Positions 62,042 through 64,000 of a stretch of 64,000 bases of DNA are shown piece by piece. A program made the position numbers and the translations under genes. The stretch comes from Lingula anatina (Eukaryota; Animalia; Brachiopoda). The notes beneath the pieces are model-generated. The model had not been told where the DNA came from. It was given only the letters and a program-made list of their open reading frames with translations, and searched no databases. The stretch is taken from assembly GCA_051362555.1 (NCBI GenBank), contig CM120643.1:4340001-4404000 (forward strand), written 5' to 3'. Each line of letters opens with the position of its first letter. Positions within the stretch are counted from its first letter, which is position 1.

Positions 62042-64000
62042 GGAGTTGGGGACGTAGGTCGTGCGCGGGAATCTTCCTCTCTGGCAATTGTCATTGTTGA
62101 CAGGTATGTAATGGTCCGGGAGAATAGAGGAAGTTGAGTTACAACAGGGTTAACGCCACAGTATTTGACCTCAGAAACTTTCTCAACATGATTGTGACGT
62201 TGTCCATGAATTTCATCATATTGTGCTAGTGAAGACAGTGATAAATGATAGAGGACGCTGATATGATCATTTTTCTTATAATATCTTCGGAGTCTCATAA
62301 TAATTTTTAAAAATACTCGGAACTTTTTGTACTGAATTCACTTATTTCAAAAGTTTCCAAATGTCATGAATTTCATTTATATGAAAAAAGAGAACCATGT
62401 AACAGTGGTAACCGTACTTGAGGCCCCTGCAGGCGATGTATGTTTTTTCTCTGGGAATCCACGTCGAGACGTTGTCCAGGATCGAGAAGCTATCTCTATC
62501 TAAGAAGCTAATTCCTTGTAAAATTTTACCAATATATAGTAACACGCTTTATATTAATGAACATGGGCCTATTTGATCAATACTTTCATCAAGCTTTATT
62601 ATTTTCTTAAAAATTCCAGTCCTGGGGGAATCTGTCCAGTGCGGACGGCTCCTACAATTTCTTTGTAGAATAAAAGAACTCTAACATCTCGTGATTGATA
62701 GATATCAATCAAAGCTGTCAAATTTGACAGTTTGAGTAAACATACGTCAATCACATCCATACCGCCAAAGAACTTTTATCTCCTGTGATTGATAGGTGTC
62801 AATCAAAGCTGTCAAATTTGACAGCTTGATTGACGGTTAGTTAAGCAAACGTCAATCACAATCATCCTGCAAAGGAGCTTTTACTTCCTGTGATTTAGAG
62901 GTGCCAATCAAAGCCATTAAAAGTGGATGGCTTGATTGGCAGTTATATAAACAAACGTCAATCATCATACTGGTGATCAAGTATAGCTGTCGAACAATGA
63001 AAACGCCGTAGAGAGCGGACTGTCCCCAGGATTATTTAAATAAGTAAATTAAAATTAGGCGTCATTAATGAGTAAATACAGTGTATAGGCATGTGCAAAA
63101 AAACAGATATCTTTTACAGTTTAGGGTGCCTGTGTTTAAATTAAAAAGTCTCGGTCTTACATTTCTATACAAGCAGGCATTTTTAGTTATGTTAAAAATA
63201 AGTCCAAGCTACGCTTGCGGTTGGAGATTGTCGGCAGGAGGACTGTTCAGTTTAGATGTTTAGAAGATTGGGAGCAAAGGAAAGAATTTGAAATCCAAAA
63301 GAAATTGCAAGTCTGTTCTGCGCCAGTATAGCTCTGTAGTCCCACCTTGCTGAGGGACACATTTTACTTTGTATTGGAGACTCCAAAGGCTATCCTTCAG
63401 TTACACGTACACATCAACTCTATGGCATGGAGTGTGTTGACCCGGATTGAAAGAAAAAGGGAATAGGGCACAGGATAATTACCCACAAGAGGAAAATAGA
63501 TAAAATAATAAATAAATACACGATAATAAATTAAGTTTGCAGTTATACATATGTTAACTCCCAGGTCAAAATAGATAATAATTACAAATATTAAAAGCTT
63601 TATTAAAGATACTGTATTAGCCGTTTTTATACACACATTAGTTTTCTGTGACAATATTCAATGGTTTCGTTTGGTGTGTCATTTCAGCTTTGACTCTGTA
63701 GTTGCTTCCAGTAAAAAAACATACTCAGTTTCTACTCTATATTCGCATATTAGTACAACACAAATTCATGTTCGCGATAAATGTCTTCATGTCTACCTTT
63801 TTTTAATCATCAGCCTGCTATGCAAATAACGAAATTCAGAGAAAGCAGACGCGTTCATTATGAGTATCTCCATTCTTATGATTTCGGTTTAGAGATATTC
63901 TGTAAGTTATCATTCTTGCATAAGAAAGCACTCTTTCAGTCTGACCTTAAAAGTTTCCAAAACAAATAAATAAATAAAAAGAATAAAAGTAATTTCCAGC

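Larger units (their letters stand above)
48793..64000 (+). repeat. Segmental duplication, copy 2 (runs off the window end)
   Basis: Collinear with 2510-16173. The last bases ATTTCCAGC match ~16167-16175. Confidence 0.97.

Overview
AT-rich eukaryotic DNA, most likely from an invertebrate animal. It has spliceosomal GT-AG introns, decayed DNA transposons and LINEs, Helentron/HINE-like repeats, and no operons, rRNA or CRISPR. Main contents: (1) a ~13.6 kb block (~2510-16173) duplicated in direct orientation at ~48793-64000+, which lets indels be read by comparing the copies; (2) a minus-strand orphan gene missed by the ORF track, built from nine short exons joined by phase-1 introns (26072->22063, about 161 aa by hand splicing) with an internally duplicated three-exon module; (3) a ~12 kb composite satellite (194-bp monomers, a ~300-bp exon-like cassette recurring 9 times, and a 3704-bp higher-order repeat); (4) several minisatellites, one of which expanded from a single unit still present in the paralogous copy; (5) transposon fossils (CACTA/EnSpm, MULE-SWIM, Tc1, RTE, a DUF1891-type LINE, MITEs) and repeated TA->TA-GGCC-TA / TA-CATG-TA insertions that look like excision footprints. 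Alignments, counts and splicing were done by eye; no database search was run. I found no clear novel multi-gene system; the best candidates for something undescribed are the short-exon gene and the cassette-bearing satellite.
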